Source: Thecamonas trahens ATCC 50062
Lineage: Eukaryota; Protista; Apusomonadida
Reading direction: 5' to 3'
Assembly: GCF_000142905.1 (NCBI RefSeq)
Contig: NW_013657679.1
Location: 436,657 to 500,656, forward strand
Length of the DNA: 64,000 bases
Every line of letters starts with the position of its first letter. Positions within the stretch are counted from its first letter, which is position 1. The position numbers and the translations under genes were made by a program. Positions 39,460 through 50,166 of the stretch are shown piece after piece. A model generated the notes under the pieces. That model did no database searches. It worked only from the letters and a program-made list of their open reading frames with translations, and had not been told where the DNA came from.

Positions 39460-42072
39460 TCAGTGCCGCAACAAATGATCCAACTTGCCTCTCTTTCTCC
39501 GCCCCCGGCCGCGCCCGCGCCCACGCTTGAACATCTGATGCTTGGTCTTGCCGCGAACGACCCGAGTGCCGGGTGCAAGGAGTTCGTCGCAAAAGATGCA
39601 CCCATTGAGCCGGGCGAGGCCCGGGAGCGGGAGCTTGTCCTTGTGAAACTCGATAGCAAAGAGGTTCGCGCCGCACCCGCCGCACGGGTCGTCGCCGGTG
39701 AGGACCTTGACGTCGTGGGCACAGTCAGGCAGAGTGACGATGACGTTGCATCCGGTGCAGTGGAGCTTCCATACCGGTGCAGACATGGGCTCAAGCATGA
39801 GCGTGCCCGGGCAGCCGGGCGAGTCGTCATCGGCCACGGCGCGGACGCCTGCAGCCGAGCACGGGCCGACCGAAAAGTGGATGCCGGCGTAGCCACAGCC
39901 AGCCGCCTGACACGAGTCGCACGACATGCCGTCGGCAAAGGTAGGCGGCTCGAACGGACGGTTCGTGTAGCAGGCAGGGCAGACGAGGTAGCGGGCGCCC
40001 TTTTTGCCGAGCGAGTAGAGAACAAGCTCAAAGCCGTCGAGCGGACAGGTCTTCTCCTGGAAGAGCTTGATGATCCCATTGTTTGGCAGAGAATACGTCT
40101 CGTTGCATCGCGGGCAGTGGAGCCGCGACGGACGGTACATCAGCCGCATCACGTACTTGCACTTGCCGCACCGCGAGAGCGACTTGCCGGCGTCGGCGAC
40201 CGGCGCGTAGTTGGCCTCAAACAGCGAGTCCATGAGCGAGACCGAGTCAACGAAAAAGTCAAACTTGGCCGCAAACGCGGCGATGCAGTGTGCCACGACG
40301 GCGTCCTTGTCGGCCACGCCCGAGGCAACGAGGTCGAGCTGGCTCTCCACGCTCGACCGGACGGTGGGCAGCACGAGCTCAGGATCGATCTTGTAGTACG
40401 AGTGGATGAGAACAATACCGAGCGTGGTCGGCTCGAGCCGGCGCCCGGCCACCACCTTGGCGTACCCGCGCTCCACAATGTTGTTGATGTGGGTGGGGCA
40501 CGAGGCGTCGGTCCCGATGCTGTGCCGCTCCATGAGCGAGATGAGCTCCGACTCGGAGAGGAGGCCCGGCGGGCTTGTCTCGCCGGACCTGACCACAATG
40601 TCGGTGAGCGTGTACTCGGTCTCCGGCGAAAGCGGCGGCAGCGCCTTGCCGGCCGGCATGAGATGTGGGAGGAGAGCGCAGAAGCCCTCGTCAATGACAA
40701 TGAGACCCTTGACGTGGAAGAGCTCGGTCTCGCCTGACGGCGCAGCAATGCTAAATGCAGCGGTCTGGTGCTCGACTACGCAGTCGGGTGAGACGGTGGC
40801 GATAAAGTGGCGGGCGACGTAGTCGTAGACCCGCCAGGCGTCGCCAACAAGCTCGTCCTCGGACGCCGCGCGCATCGGCACAATGGGTGGATGGTCGCCG
40901 GCGTCAACGCCGGCGCGCGACGGCGCGAGGCCGGACCTCAGCAGCGAGGTGACGTACCCGCCCCAGACCCGCGACCGACGCTGCTCCTCGAGTAGCGCAT
41001 GGAGCTCAAAGCCCGGTGGGTACGCCGTTGTCTCCGTTCGCGGGTACGAGATGTAGCCGTCGATGTAGAGCCGCTCGGCAACAGCCATGGCCGCCTTGGG
41101 TCCGATGCCGAGTCCAGCCGAGCAGACCTTGAGCAGCCCGACCGTGTTGAGCGCTATTGGGCGTGGCTTCTTCTTGCGCTTGCGGCTCACGCTTGTGCAG
41201 AGCGCGGCTGTGGCGCCGTCGAGGGCGGCGGCGTAGGCCTGGACGACTGCAGCGTCAAAGACACGGCCGCGGGTCCAGTCGAGCGAGATGAGCGCGCCGC
41301 CGCCGGGCGGCGAAAACCTCGGCATGAGCTGCCAGTACGTCTCGGGCTGAAAGGCGTTGATGGCGTCGCGGCGGGCGACGACAAAGTTGAGGGTCGGCGT
41401 CTGGCACGGGCCGTACGAGATGAGCTCGGATGGCAGGTTGCCGTACTTTGCGGTGAGGTGCCGGGTCTGGAAGCGAGTAAAGGCGACGCCGATGCGAAGG
41501 TCGAGCTCCTGGCGGGCGTCGACCGCCGCGGCCTCGTCCGGGTTGGGCTCGACGAGACTGCTCATGGCGCGGGCGACCTCGGAGCGAGTGACGGCTGAGA
41601 AGCGGGCACGAAAGACGGTGCGCGAGGCAAAGGCCTTGTGAGGAACGAGACGATCGCGGACGTTGTCAAGGACCTCAAAGCAGATGTTCTCGCCCTCGCG
41701 GTCGCAGTCGAGCCAGAGGACCACCGCAGCTGCGCCCTTGGCCTCGGCCTGCAGATGCTTGCACACCCGGCTCTTGGGATTGGCTCGCTTCTTGGTCACC
41801 GTGGCAACGCTGAAGAGATCGCGCGGTGGCGTGGCGTCCCACGACTGGAACTGCGGGTCAAAGTCGAGCGAGTACACATGCCCGATGACCGCCGTCACCC
41901 GAAAGAGCACCCGGGTGCCGGCAAAGCTGCCCTCAAACTCGTGGACAGGCAGCGAGCGCGAGACGGTCGAGTCGCGGGTGACGACCTCCATGCCCTCGGG
42001 CGCCGCGTACATGGCCACCGCCCGCGCAATGGACGGCTTCTCGCCCACCATGAGCACCACCGGGAGGGTCAT
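39460..42072 (-). CDS. TOP3B: DNA topoisomerase III beta
   Basis: MVGEKPS, WLDCDREGENICFEV, ISYGPCQTPTL, ISYPRTET (catalytic Tyr), IGTDAS; Cys-rich zinc-ribbon C-terminus and RG repeats. Confidence 0.93.
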   Translation of the reverse strand: MTLPVVLMVGEKPSIARAVAMYAAPEGMEVVTRDSTVSRSLPVHEFEGSFAGTRVLFRVTAVIGHVYSLDFDPQFQSWDATPPRDLFSVATVTKKRANPKSRVCKHLQAEAKGAAAVVLWLDCDREGENICFEVLDNVRDRLVPHKAFASRTVFRARFSAVTRSEVARAMSSLVEPNPDEAAAVDARQELDLRIGVAFTRFQTRHLTAKYGNLPSELISYGPCQTPTLNFVVARRDAINAFQPETYWQLMPRFSPPGGGALISLDWTRGRVFDAAVVQAYAAALDGATAALCTSVSRKRKKKPRPIALNTVGLLKVCSAGLGIGPKAAMAVAERLYIDGYISYPRTETTAYPPGFELHALLEEQRRSRVWGGYVTSLLRSGLAPSRAGVDAGDHPPIVPMRAASEDELVGDAWRVYDYVARHFIATVSPDCVVEHQTAAFSIAAPSGETELFHVKGLIVIDEGFCALLPHLMPAGKALPPLSPETEYTLTDIVVRSGETSPPGLLSESELISLMERHSIGTDASCPTHINNIVERGYAKVVAGRRLEPTTLGIVLIHSYYKIDPELVLPTVRSSVESQLDLVASGVADKDAVVAHCIAAFAAKFDFFVDSVSLMDSLFEANYAPVADAGKSLSRCGKCKYVMRLMYRPSRLHCPRCNETYSLPNNGIIKLFQEKTCPLDGFELVLYSLGKKGARYLVCPACYTNRPFEPPTFADGMSCDSCQAAGCGYAGIHFSVGPCSAAGVRAVADDDSPGCPGTLMLEPMSAPVWKLHCTGCNVIVTLPDCAHDVKVLTGDDPCGGCGANLFAIEFHKDKLPLPGLARLNGCIFCDELLAPGTRVVRGKTKHQMFKRGRGRGRGRRKRGKLDHLLRH

Positions 42073-42524
42073 GGCGTTGGTGCGTGGAAGAGTGGTGGCA
42101 GTGACAGCGTGTTAGGGACGGGTGGCCGCCACACACGCCTAGGCCCGCATCAGCTATGCTGGGCAGTGCCATGCCGTCAACCAGCAGTCGGCCGGCGAGT
42201 CGCTCGGCCGTCCTGCGCGGCGCGGGCATCTCCACAGCCATTGCCATCTCCACGCCCACGGCTGTGAGCAAAAGTCAGTGACAACACCAGATGGCCTCAC
42301 AAGCGGTTCCAAGCGCCTCTCCTGGTGAGACCTTGGGCAATGGGCTGGATTGGCCATGGCACTGCTTGCGTGACCAGTGGCGCAGCCCAAATTGACCCAA
42401 TCCCTGCCGCCGCTGCGCTGCCACGCATGGCTTCGTCAACTTTGCAACCGTGACCTCACCACCACCGCCACACAGGCACCAGCACGCTGGCATACTTGAC
42501 TCCACCCCTGCTCACTCACTAGCT

Positions 42525-43973
42525 ATGGCAAAGAGCACGGGCAAGAGCAAGGGCAAGAGCAAGGGCGGGAAGCGCAGGGCAAAGATGGCGGTGCCTGGCA
42601 AGAAGGGCGACGCGTCGGGCTCGGGCTCGACCACCATCGTCCTGGCGCTCGTTGTTGCCGCCGTTGCTGTTGCGGCTGCGGTGTATACGTCGGTCAGAGT
42701 GGGGTTGGGATCGGGCGGAGATGGCGCTGGTGCTGGCGCTGGTGGGTCTGGTGAGGCTTGGATTGACAACGCTGGTGAGCTGCCGCGGCCGTCGCGGAAC
42801 GTGACCATGTCGCGGATTGTGCGGACGCCGACGTCTGCCGAGGACGACTGGGGTGTGTGGAAGACGCGCGACTGCGATGTGCTAGTCGATGAGTGGCTGT
42901 ACAAGGTCAGCGTGCCTTTCCGCGGCTACCATGTGGTGTGCTTCAACCCGGCTGAGCCGGGATCGGTCTCGGACAAGATGCCGACCGAGCTGGTGATGAA
43001 GGCGTACCGGGACGGGCAAAAGTCGCGCCAAGTGACGGCGACGGTGTCGGGCAAGTCGACCAAGACGCTCCGGGCCGACATCACAGCTGCGCTCAAGATT
43101 GCGCCGATTGAGCCGGGCCGTGAGCACCGGCAGCCGTGGGCGTTCTTTACCAACCAGGCGCGGCGGGCGTCGACCAAGGCGCAGGTCGAACAGGTCATGC
43201 TCCTGTTTGAGGGCGGGCAGTGGCTCTGGCCGGGCATCGAAATCGGCCACATGTGGGAGATCGAGAACCTTGTTGACGGTGCGCCGAACCTTGTGCTCGA
43301 GACACTCGAGCTCCAGCCGCTCGTTCTCTCTGTCCACCACTTCCTCGCCCTCTCCGAGTGCGACTACATTGTGGGCAAGGCCAAGCCGCACTTTTTCACC
43401 TCGGAGGTCGCGCACCAGGACAAAGACATCGGCAAAGACTCTTCAACATGGCGCACCTCGGAGCAGCACTGGCTCAAGTCGACGACGCCGGCGCTCAAGT
43501 TCATCGACCGCCGCATCGAGGAGCTCGTCCGCGTGCCCGAGGCCAACTTTGAGGCCACCCAGGTGCTCCAGTACATCGGGACCGGCTCGCGCTACGTCAT
43601 GCACCACGACTACTTTGACGTCAATGCGTATCGGCAGAACGCGCAGCTGCAGCGCGCTTACAAGTACGGTGCCGTCAACCGGCTGGCCACCGTCTTTGAG
43701 TACTGCTCAACCGTTCGCAGCGGCGGGCACACCGTCTTTGGCCGCGCCGGCGGCCTCCCGCAGCCAGCCGACTTTGCCGACTGCAACCACGGCCTGCGCG
43801 TCGCGCCCGAAAAGGGCCGCGTCATCATCTTCTACTCGCTCCATCCCAACGGCGCCACCGACGAGTTCTCTCTCCACGGCGGTTGTCCGCCACTCCCCAA
43901 CGACGATGGCTCAGGCCCAGACATCAAGCACTCGGCCAACAAGTGGGTTTGGAACGCGCCGACCGGGTTCTGA
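42525..43973 (+). CDS. Type II membrane prolyl 4-hydroxylase-like 2OG/Fe(II) dioxygenase
   Basis: Basic N-terminus plus TM; RTS, QVLQY, HHDYF, NRLAT, GGHTVF, LHGGCP, ANKW. Confidence 0.85.
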   Translation: MAKSTGKSKGKSKGGKRRAKMAVPGKKGDASGSGSTTIVLALVVAAVAVAAAVYTSVRVGLGSGGDGAGAGAGGSGEAWIDNAGELPRPSRNVTMSRIVRTPTSAEDDWGVWKTRDCDVLVDEWLYKVSVPFRGYHVVCFNPAEPGSVSDKMPTELVMKAYRDGQKSRQVTATVSGKSTKTLRADITAALKIAPIEPGREHRQPWAFFTNQARRASTKAQVEQVMLLFEGGQWLWPGIEIGHMWEIENLVDGAPNLVLETLELQPLVLSVHHFLALSECDYIVGKAKPHFFTSEVAHQDKDIGKDSSTWRTSEQHWLKSTTPALKFIDRRIEELVRVPEANFEATQVLQYIGTGSRYVMHHDYFDVNAYRQNAQLQRAYKYGAVNRLATVFEYCSTVRSGGHTVFGRAGGLPQPADFADCNHGLRVAPEKGRVIIFYSLHPNGATDEFSLHGGCPPLPNDDGSGPDIKHSANKWVWNAPTGF

Positions 43974-44112
43974 TCACTGTCAAGCCTCTCCGGCCAGACA
44001 AGCTGCCGCAGGTCTTTACAGTCGTAAACTCGATCAACATCCGTTGAGCCGCGAGCAGCGCCTCTCCCATCGACCAGGTTCCTTGACCAGGTTTGTCTGC
44101 AGTGCCACGTCC

Positions 44113-44120
44113 CACGTGAC
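44113..44120. promoter_or_regulatory. E-box/CLEAR-like CACGTGAC, ~100 bp upstream of the BTB-WD40 ATG
   Basis: Motif seen in the intergenic region. Function is inferred. Confidence 0.35.
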
Positions 44121-44219
44121 CGCACCGCCACCCGTCTCGACTCCTGCTCCCCGCCGCACACACCCGAACACATACACACGCACACATACACACACACCGC
44201 ATATACATACACATACAGG

Positions 44220-46547
44220 ATGGCCAAAAAGTACGACGACCTTCTGTTCGGTGACCTCGACGCGGCCGCGGCAACGTCGGCCACCTCACCGGGCTCGCTC
44301 ACCGACATAGCCAACACGCTGGAGAGCGTGACCGCCAACGCGACCGGAGCGCCAAAGGCGGCGCCTGCTGCTGCGTCGGAAACGGATGCACGTGCTACAG
44401 AGCTGGCTGCAGACGTGCCGGTTGTCTCGGAGGCCCGGCGCAAGAAGCGGAGACGGGCGCGGACTCTGACCAAGGCCGAAACCGAGCTGAAAGAGGCGCA
44501 GGCGCGTGGCACGCTGCTCGCGCCAATCGATGCCTCACTGCTGTACGATATCGGCCCAGCGTCCGCGAGCGAGGCCGCAAATGCACAGGGTCTCTCGGCT
44601 TCGCTGTTTTCCATGGCCCAGGCCGGCGTTCTCTGCGATGCCACGCTGGTCGTGTCGGGCGTGGATGAGCTCGAGGCAGCGACGCCCGAGACGCCGGTTG
44701 TCGAGCTCACCGTCCACCGCGCGGTGCTGGCCGCGGTCTCAACTGCCTTCCGCAGCGCGTTTGACAGCGATGCCGGCGGCGCCGATTGCCGGCTTCCGGT
44801 TGCCGGCTTTGACGTTGAGCTCTTTGCGGCCATGATCGAGTTTGTGTATCTCGGCTGCGTGCGGGTCTTTGTCGAGGCACGCAGCGACGGCAAGCGGCCC
44901 GAGAGCGTGCTCATCGACTTGCTGCGCATTGGCATGCGGTTCCGGATTGTGCAGCTGGTTGCCGCCGTCGCTACCGAGACCATCAAGCGTGTCTGTGTTT
45001 CCAACTGCGTTGAGCTCCTGCTGGCCGCGCGGTCGATGCTGCTGGGTGACGACGAGGTGCCGGGCGCGCGCTACCTTTGCGCCCTCGCCAACGTCTGCCT
45101 CCACACCATCCGCATCAATCTCGACGCCTTTGCCGGCAAGCAGCTCCTCCCGCTCTGCCTCGAGGACCTTGTCGCCATCCTTGGCTCGTCGGACGTCTCG
45201 GTCTCGTCCGAAGCTGTTGTTGTTGACGTCGCCTTTGCGTGGATGAAGGCGACCAAGAAGCGGTTCAAGCACAAGGACGTGGTCCTCAACCTCATCCGCT
45301 ACTACGCGCTGACCGAGGACGAGCTGTTGGCGACCCGCGGCATGCTCAACAAGGCCATGAACGCGTCGATCATCGATGTTCAACTCGCTGCGGTGGCCGG
45401 CGGCGACATGGCTGCGCCGCCGCGTCGCCACTACGTCCACGCCAAGACGTGCATGCCGACCCACGAGCTGCGCGGCTCAGGCGCGCCGCTCTTCTGCGTC
45501 TCGCTCGCCGACAGTCGCATCTTTGTCTCGGGCGCCGCCGACGGCACAGTCTCGGTCTGGTCGGTCAAAGGCTGGAAGCGGCTCAAGGTGATGGAGGGAC
45601 ACAAGGGCCCGGTCCGCGGCGCCGTCGTCTGCGGTACGACCCTGTACTCAGTCTCACACGACCGCTCAATCCGCGGCTGGGATGTGGTGGCGTGGGAGCC
45701 GACAACCTCGCTGTTTTCAGCCCACCAGGCCCCCATCTGGTCCGTCGCCGAGTACGATCTTATGCTTGTGACCGGCGACGCGTCTGGCGTTATCAAGGTT
45801 TGGCAAGAGGACGACGGCGTCGACATCTTCAACGGTGGCGTGACCGGTACCGGCCTCTCGCAGATCGCCACCCTCAAGGACCATACCGGCGGCATCGTGG
45901 CCATGGCCACCTCGGACGCCTCGCTGTACTCGGCCTCGGACGACGCCACGGTTCGCATCTGGAACATCATGAACCAGACGTGCCTCAAGGTCCTCTCCAT
46001 CGGCTCGACGCCGCTTACCACCATTGCGGCCTCGCCACTCATGGTTGCCGCCGCCTACGTTGATGGCTCGGTCCACGTCTGGCGCAAGAACAAGGCTGGG
46101 CCTGGCACGGCCAAGGACGACCCGGCCGGCACCGGCGGCGCCGCCTCGATGCGCTCCTTTGACATTGCTGCCTCGGACTCGGGACGCACCGTCCGCGCCC
46201 TCCTCTTTATCGACGACCTCGAGACGGACACGCCCTCGCGTTACGTCCTCACCGGCGCCACAGACGGCGTCATCAAGGTCTGGGACGTGTGTCCCGACTC
46301 GGGCCACCAGGCCGCACCGTCTTTCTCGGACGCCGAGCAGCACGTCGATGCTGACGTCGACGCCAGTCGGTCCTCGGCCTCGACCACCGCTGATCCCAAC
46401 GATGCAGACTCAAGCAATGGTCCTGTGGATGCAGTCCTTGTCCGCATCCTCGACGTCCATGCCCAGTCGGTCAACGGGCTCGTCGGCTCCGGCTCAGGCT
46501 TCTTCGTCTCAGCCTCGTCCGACGGCACCGCCCGTGTCTGGGAATGA
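44220..46547 (+). CDS. BTB-BACK-WD40 protein (putative Cullin3 substrate adaptor)
   Basis: BTB (CDATLVV...VHRAVLAAVSTAFRSAF, MIEFVY), BACK (VSSEAVV...AW, LNLIRY), ~7 WD40 repeats (SGAADGTVSVW, SASDDATVRIW). Confidence 0.85.
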   Translation: MAKKYDDLLFGDLDAAAATSATSPGSLTDIANTLESVTANATGAPKAAPAAASETDARATELAADVPVVSEARRKKRRRARTLTKAETELKEAQARGTLLAPIDASLLYDIGPASASEAANAQGLSASLFSMAQAGVLCDATLVVSGVDELEAATPETPVVELTVHRAVLAAVSTAFRSAFDSDAGGADCRLPVAGFDVELFAAMIEFVYLGCVRVFVEARSDGKRPESVLIDLLRIGMRFRIVQLVAAVATETIKRVCVSNCVELLLAARSMLLGDDEVPGARYLCALANVCLHTIRINLDAFAGKQLLPLCLEDLVAILGSSDVSVSSEAVVVDVAFAWMKATKKRFKHKDVVLNLIRYYALTEDELLATRGMLNKAMNASIIDVQLAAVAGGDMAAPPRRHYVHAKTCMPTHELRGSGAPLFCVSLADSRIFVSGAADGTVSVWSVKGWKRLKVMEGHKGPVRGAVVCGTTLYSVSHDRSIRGWDVVAWEPTTSLFSAHQAPIWSVAEYDLMLVTGDASGVIKVWQEDDGVDIFNGGVTGTGLSQIATLKDHTGGIVAMATSDASLYSASDDATVRIWNIMNQTCLKVLSIGSTPLTTIAASPLMVAAAYVDGSVHVWRKNKAGPGTAKDDPAGTGGAASMRSFDIAASDSGRTVRALLFIDDLETDTPSRYVLTGATDGVIKVWDVCPDSGHQAAPSFSDAEQHVDADVDASRSSASTTADPNDADSSNGPVDAVLVRILDVHAQSVNGLVGSGSGFFVSASSDGTARVWE

Positions 46548-46640
46548 ATGAGTCACGACAGCAGCGGAAGCAGCCAGAGAGTCCCGAGTGACAGCCACCT
46601 CACCACCCACACAGCCACACCCACACACCCACACACATAC

Positions 46641-47594
46641 ATGCGCTCCGGCGGCATGCAGGCGCCCATGGGTCGACGCTGTGGGGTTGTAATGGTGGTG
46701 GCGGCCCTCTTATTGGTGGCGGTCCGCGGCTGCCAGGTCGGCGGAGGAGTGCTCGGCGTGGCCGACAACGCAGCGACGCTCATCGCCCGCCCGCCGTCGC
46801 TGAGCTCGGTCTACGGCCGGGCGCATGTCAACGTGGTGCCCAAAGAAGAAAGCGCGGGTGACATGGTATGGCGCCCGGTGGCTGGCGAGCCGTGCGTGTG
46901 GCGCGGGTCGGTGGCTAGTCCGGCGTCGGCCACCTCCGCGCCAACAGTCTCGGTAGCCGCGCTGGGCGGCGGCGAGCTGAACGTGACGCTCGAGCTGCCA
47001 GCGCTTGGTGGCTCGCTGCGGCCGAGCGACAGGCTCGTGGTAGAAGTGCGGGTCGGTTGGTTGGAGGCTGATCTCGGCTCGGCGTGGAGAGCCCAGGTCT
47101 CGCTCCCGCCACTCTCCTGGGACTACGACAAAGTTCTGCGGCTCGGGCCGGCAAGCCTAAGCCTGGACGCAGTCTTCTCCCTCGACGCGCGAGTGCCCGC
47201 GTCTGCGCTTGCGGATGCAGGTGCCAACCCGTTGTTGCAGCGGAGCGGCTCGTCGGCTTCCGCCGTCTTTAATCTCTCGCTGCCGCTCCCAAACGGGAAC
47301 TCGCCGCAAGCGCAGGCGGTCTCGTTTGTCATGACGGCGGTTGTCGAGCGCGGGGCGTGGACTTCGCTCAACATGTCACCCGCCGCTGCCCTGGTTCTCT
47401 TTCTCCTCCTTGTCGTGGTGGTTTGCCTTCTCCCGATCGGTGGCTTGTGTCTGCGCCGTCGGCGCCGCCGCGCCACTGCCGCCGCTGCCGTTACGCCGAA
47501 CAAGGCCAGCGGCAAGGAGAGCTCGACCGAGTTGATCACCGACGACTGGATGTCGAGCACCTCTTCGTCGCTTCATACCTCGGACTTTTTGTAG
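46641..47594 (+). CDS. Hypothetical type I membrane protein
   Basis: Signal-like VVMVVAALLLVAVRG; TM LVLFLLLVVVVCLLPIGGLCL followed by RRRRRR. Start codon uncertain. Confidence 0.65.
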   Translation: MRSGGMQAPMGRRCGVVMVVAALLLVAVRGCQVGGGVLGVADNAATLIARPPSLSSVYGRAHVNVVPKEESAGDMVWRPVAGEPCVWRGSVASPASATSAPTVSVAALGGGELNVTLELPALGGSLRPSDRLVVEVRVGWLEADLGSAWRAQVSLPPLSWDYDKVLRLGPASLSLDAVFSLDARVPASALADAGANPLLQRSGSSASAVFNLSLPLPNGNSPQAQAVSFVMTAVVERGAWTSLNMSPAAALVLFLLLVVVVCLLPIGGLCLRRRRRRATAAAAVTPNKASGKESSTELITDDWMSSTSSSLHTSDFL

Positions 47595-47628
47595 TTGTTG
47601 GTCTTCAATGCGGTCGGTTGAGCAGGCG

Positions 47629-49863
47629 TCAAGCGCCGCGGGAGCGGGCGTGGCGGCGCTTCTTCTCTTTGCTCTTCCGGCGGTCGCGCTTGGCGGAACT
47701 TGCGCCCGACTTGGTCTCCTTGGTGGCTTCGTCCGGGTTCTCGTCCTCGGTCTGTGTGCCTGCGTCGAGGCCGCGTGAGAGGAACTGCTGGGCAAAGTCT
47801 GCTGTGTCCTTGGGCTTGAGGACGCGCGCGACGACTTGGTTGATCTTGGCGTGCTTGTGCGAGACGTAGCGTTGCCAGCGGTGGAGCTCAAGCTCCATGG
47901 TTGGTCGGAGCTTCTCTTGGATCTCGAGCTTGCAGATGGCGAGAACCGACTTGATCTGGAGGACGGTGCGGATGTCGGCATCGACATGGAGCACGATGCG
48001 CGAGAGCGTGTGCAGGACAGGGAGGAAGGTCGGGAGTGGGCCCTCGTCGTACTCTGCGGCAACAAGGCCGGTGACGTGATTAGAGCCTCCCGAGACCGCC
48101 GACGCCGAGGGCATCATCTGGTCCGAGTCGAGCGAAGCCACCGACGACGAGAGCTCCGGTAGCTGCGGGCGCCGAACAGGGCGCCGCTTGAAGCGGAGGC
48201 ACGCGCGCGCCACAAAGGCGTAGCGGCGGGCCAGGAAGACGCGAACTTTGACGCCGCGGTACCACGACTGGATGCGGACGGCGGCGTTGTACATGGTAAG
48301 GTAGGTGAGGAGAATGTCGCGGTGGAAAAAGTGCACAAAGGTCTCAATCTGGGACTCGGGTAGCTTGGAGGCGAGCACGCCCTGGATGGTAGAGAGATTG
48401 GCAAGGTAGAGCGAATGACAAAGTTGTGAGGTCTTCTCCATTCGCTTGTGCAGCTCCTTGTTCTGGTTGAGGAGGGCAAGGACGCGCTTGCCAATGATGA
48501 CGTTCTCCTCCATGAGCGTCTGCTTCTCGGACGACATGGTCGCCAGAATGCCCGACTGCATGGCGAGCGTGGCCTCGGCCTGCGCAAACTGAGAGTTGAC
48601 CGACTTGAGCTCGGCGAGAAGCTTCTCGTTGATGTCCTGGAACTGCTTCTTGGCCAGGCCTTTGAGCGGGTGGGCAAACTCGGCGTCACAGTACTCGCGC
48701 ATTAGGCCGACGTTGGCGGAGAGTCGGCGCTCGTCCTCAAGTCGGGCCACCTGCGCGGTGAGCAAGTCGTTGGTCTCCTTCACCCGGTTGAGTTCCTGCA
48801 GGAGCGCCAGTGCGTTGGCTGGCGAGACCTGCGACGGCGGGCTGCCGCCGATGTTGGCCTCGCGCCAGGCCTTGAGCTCGTCGCCAAAGTCGTTACGGAG
48901 GAGCGGATCCTGCAACCAGGTGTCGAGATCGGCGAGCGTGGTCGGATCTGGCAGCTCGGTCGGTGGGCGGACAAGGAGTGCCAGGCTGGGATTCGCCGCC
49001 AGGTTGTGCTTGGCAACAAGGGCGCGGTGGGCGGCGAGCTCGTTCTGCAGTGCCATGGTGAGGACTCGAAGGAAGGTCTCGTCCGACTCGCCAAAGTATC
49101 TGTTGAGCAGCGGGTCGCAGGCAAAACGCTGCTCGCGCGACCGCAGCTTGGTGTTCTCCTGCTTGAGCCTGTTGTTGTCGCGGATGATGTGCGGGAGGTC
49201 GCCGTACTCCTCCACCACACGAGCCAGGTGCTCGTTGGCCTCGAAGCGGAGGAGCTTCTTCTTGAGCACGACAATGAGCTGCTCAAGCCGCTCAAACTTG
49301 AGCTCCATCAGCATCCACTTGCGCCCGTTGTCGTCGGCCGGCAGCGACGGCGCCATCAGGTTCTGCGGCTCGTCGGTGACGAGCTCGTTGACCCGGATAT
49401 CGTTCTCGATGGCCTCCACGTCGCCTTGCAGCTTGTCGGCCGAGAGCGAGACGGGCACAAACGAAAACTGCTCGTACATCGACGTCACCTTGTGCTGCGC
49501 CTTGAGCTCGGCACGGAGCGTCTTCTCGCGCGCTTCCATCATGGTCAGCCGCGCCTGGAGATCGGCCACCGAGTCGAGGAGCTCGCCGTTGACGTCGCGG
49601 TAGCCGCGGCAGAGGCCCTGCAAGTCCTTGACAAACTTCTGCCGCTCACGCGGCGTCATAAACGCGTTCTGCTCTACCTGCTGTAGCCGCGCCCACTTGC
49701 TCTCCAGCGCAACCATCTTGGCTCCGGGCTCGCCGTCGCCGTCCCCGCTTGCCCCGCCTCGGCCGGCCGCCTCCCGCGAGCTCGGTGCCGGCTGTGTCTT
49801 CAGCGCCTCGGGCTGCGCCAGCCGCAGCTGGTCGGTACCCACCGTCCGAATGTGCCGCGACAT
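47629..49863 (-). CDS. Coiled-coil protein with one IQ motif
   Basis: Extensive heptads; AAVRIQSWYRGVKVR. Confidence 0.75.
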   Translation of the reverse strand: MSRHIRTVGTDQLRLAQPEALKTQPAPSSREAAGRGGASGDGDGEPGAKMVALESKWARLQQVEQNAFMTPRERQKFVKDLQGLCRGYRDVNGELLDSVADLQARLTMMEAREKTLRAELKAQHKVTSMYEQFSFVPVSLSADKLQGDVEAIENDIRVNELVTDEPQNLMAPSLPADDNGRKWMLMELKFERLEQLIVVLKKKLLRFEANEHLARVVEEYGDLPHIIRDNNRLKQENTKLRSREQRFACDPLLNRYFGESDETFLRVLTMALQNELAAHRALVAKHNLAANPSLALLVRPPTELPDPTTLADLDTWLQDPLLRNDFGDELKAWREANIGGSPPSQVSPANALALLQELNRVKETNDLLTAQVARLEDERRLSANVGLMREYCDAEFAHPLKGLAKKQFQDINEKLLAELKSVNSQFAQAEATLAMQSGILATMSSEKQTLMEENVIIGKRVLALLNQNKELHKRMEKTSQLCHSLYLANLSTIQGVLASKLPESQIETFVHFFHRDILLTYLTMYNAAVRIQSWYRGVKVRVFLARRYAFVARACLRFKRRPVRRPQLPELSSSVASLDSDQMMPSASAVSGGSNHVTGLVAAEYDEGPLPTFLPVLHTLSRIVLHVDADIRTVLQIKSVLAICKLEIQEKLRPTMELELHRWQRYVSHKHAKINQVVARVLKPKDTADFAQQFLSRGLDAGTQTEDENPDEATKETKSGASSAKRDRRKSKEKKRRHARSRGA

Positions 49864-50033
49864 GACGTGTCTCTCTGGCCGCAATGAAGGGTGGGAGGTG
49901 TGGAAGGAAGGTGGCGTGGGTGGTGAGAGGTGCCAGCAGTGAGACTGCGCCCGCCCGCAACGGCCGAGAGCCGGTGGCACCCGACGGTACGTCAGTCTCT
50001 GTGGAGCCCATCGAATTTGGGCCCATTTCGTCG

Positions 50034-50042
50034 GTCACGTGA
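50034..50042. promoter_or_regulatory. E-box/CLEAR-like GTCACGTGA in the divergent IQ-protein/myosin promoter
   Basis: Matches 9 of 10 positions of the palindrome GTCACGTGAC. Function is inferred. Confidence 0.4.
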
Positions 50043-50166
50043 GAGTTTGGCAGACGAGTGGCGGCTACGATCCGGCGAGGGGTTGGACATGTGCATGGGT
50101 ACGAGGGGGTGAGGTGGTCAGGAGTAGGCCACACCTCGCTCCGTCGTCCGACGCAAGGCTGTGGAG

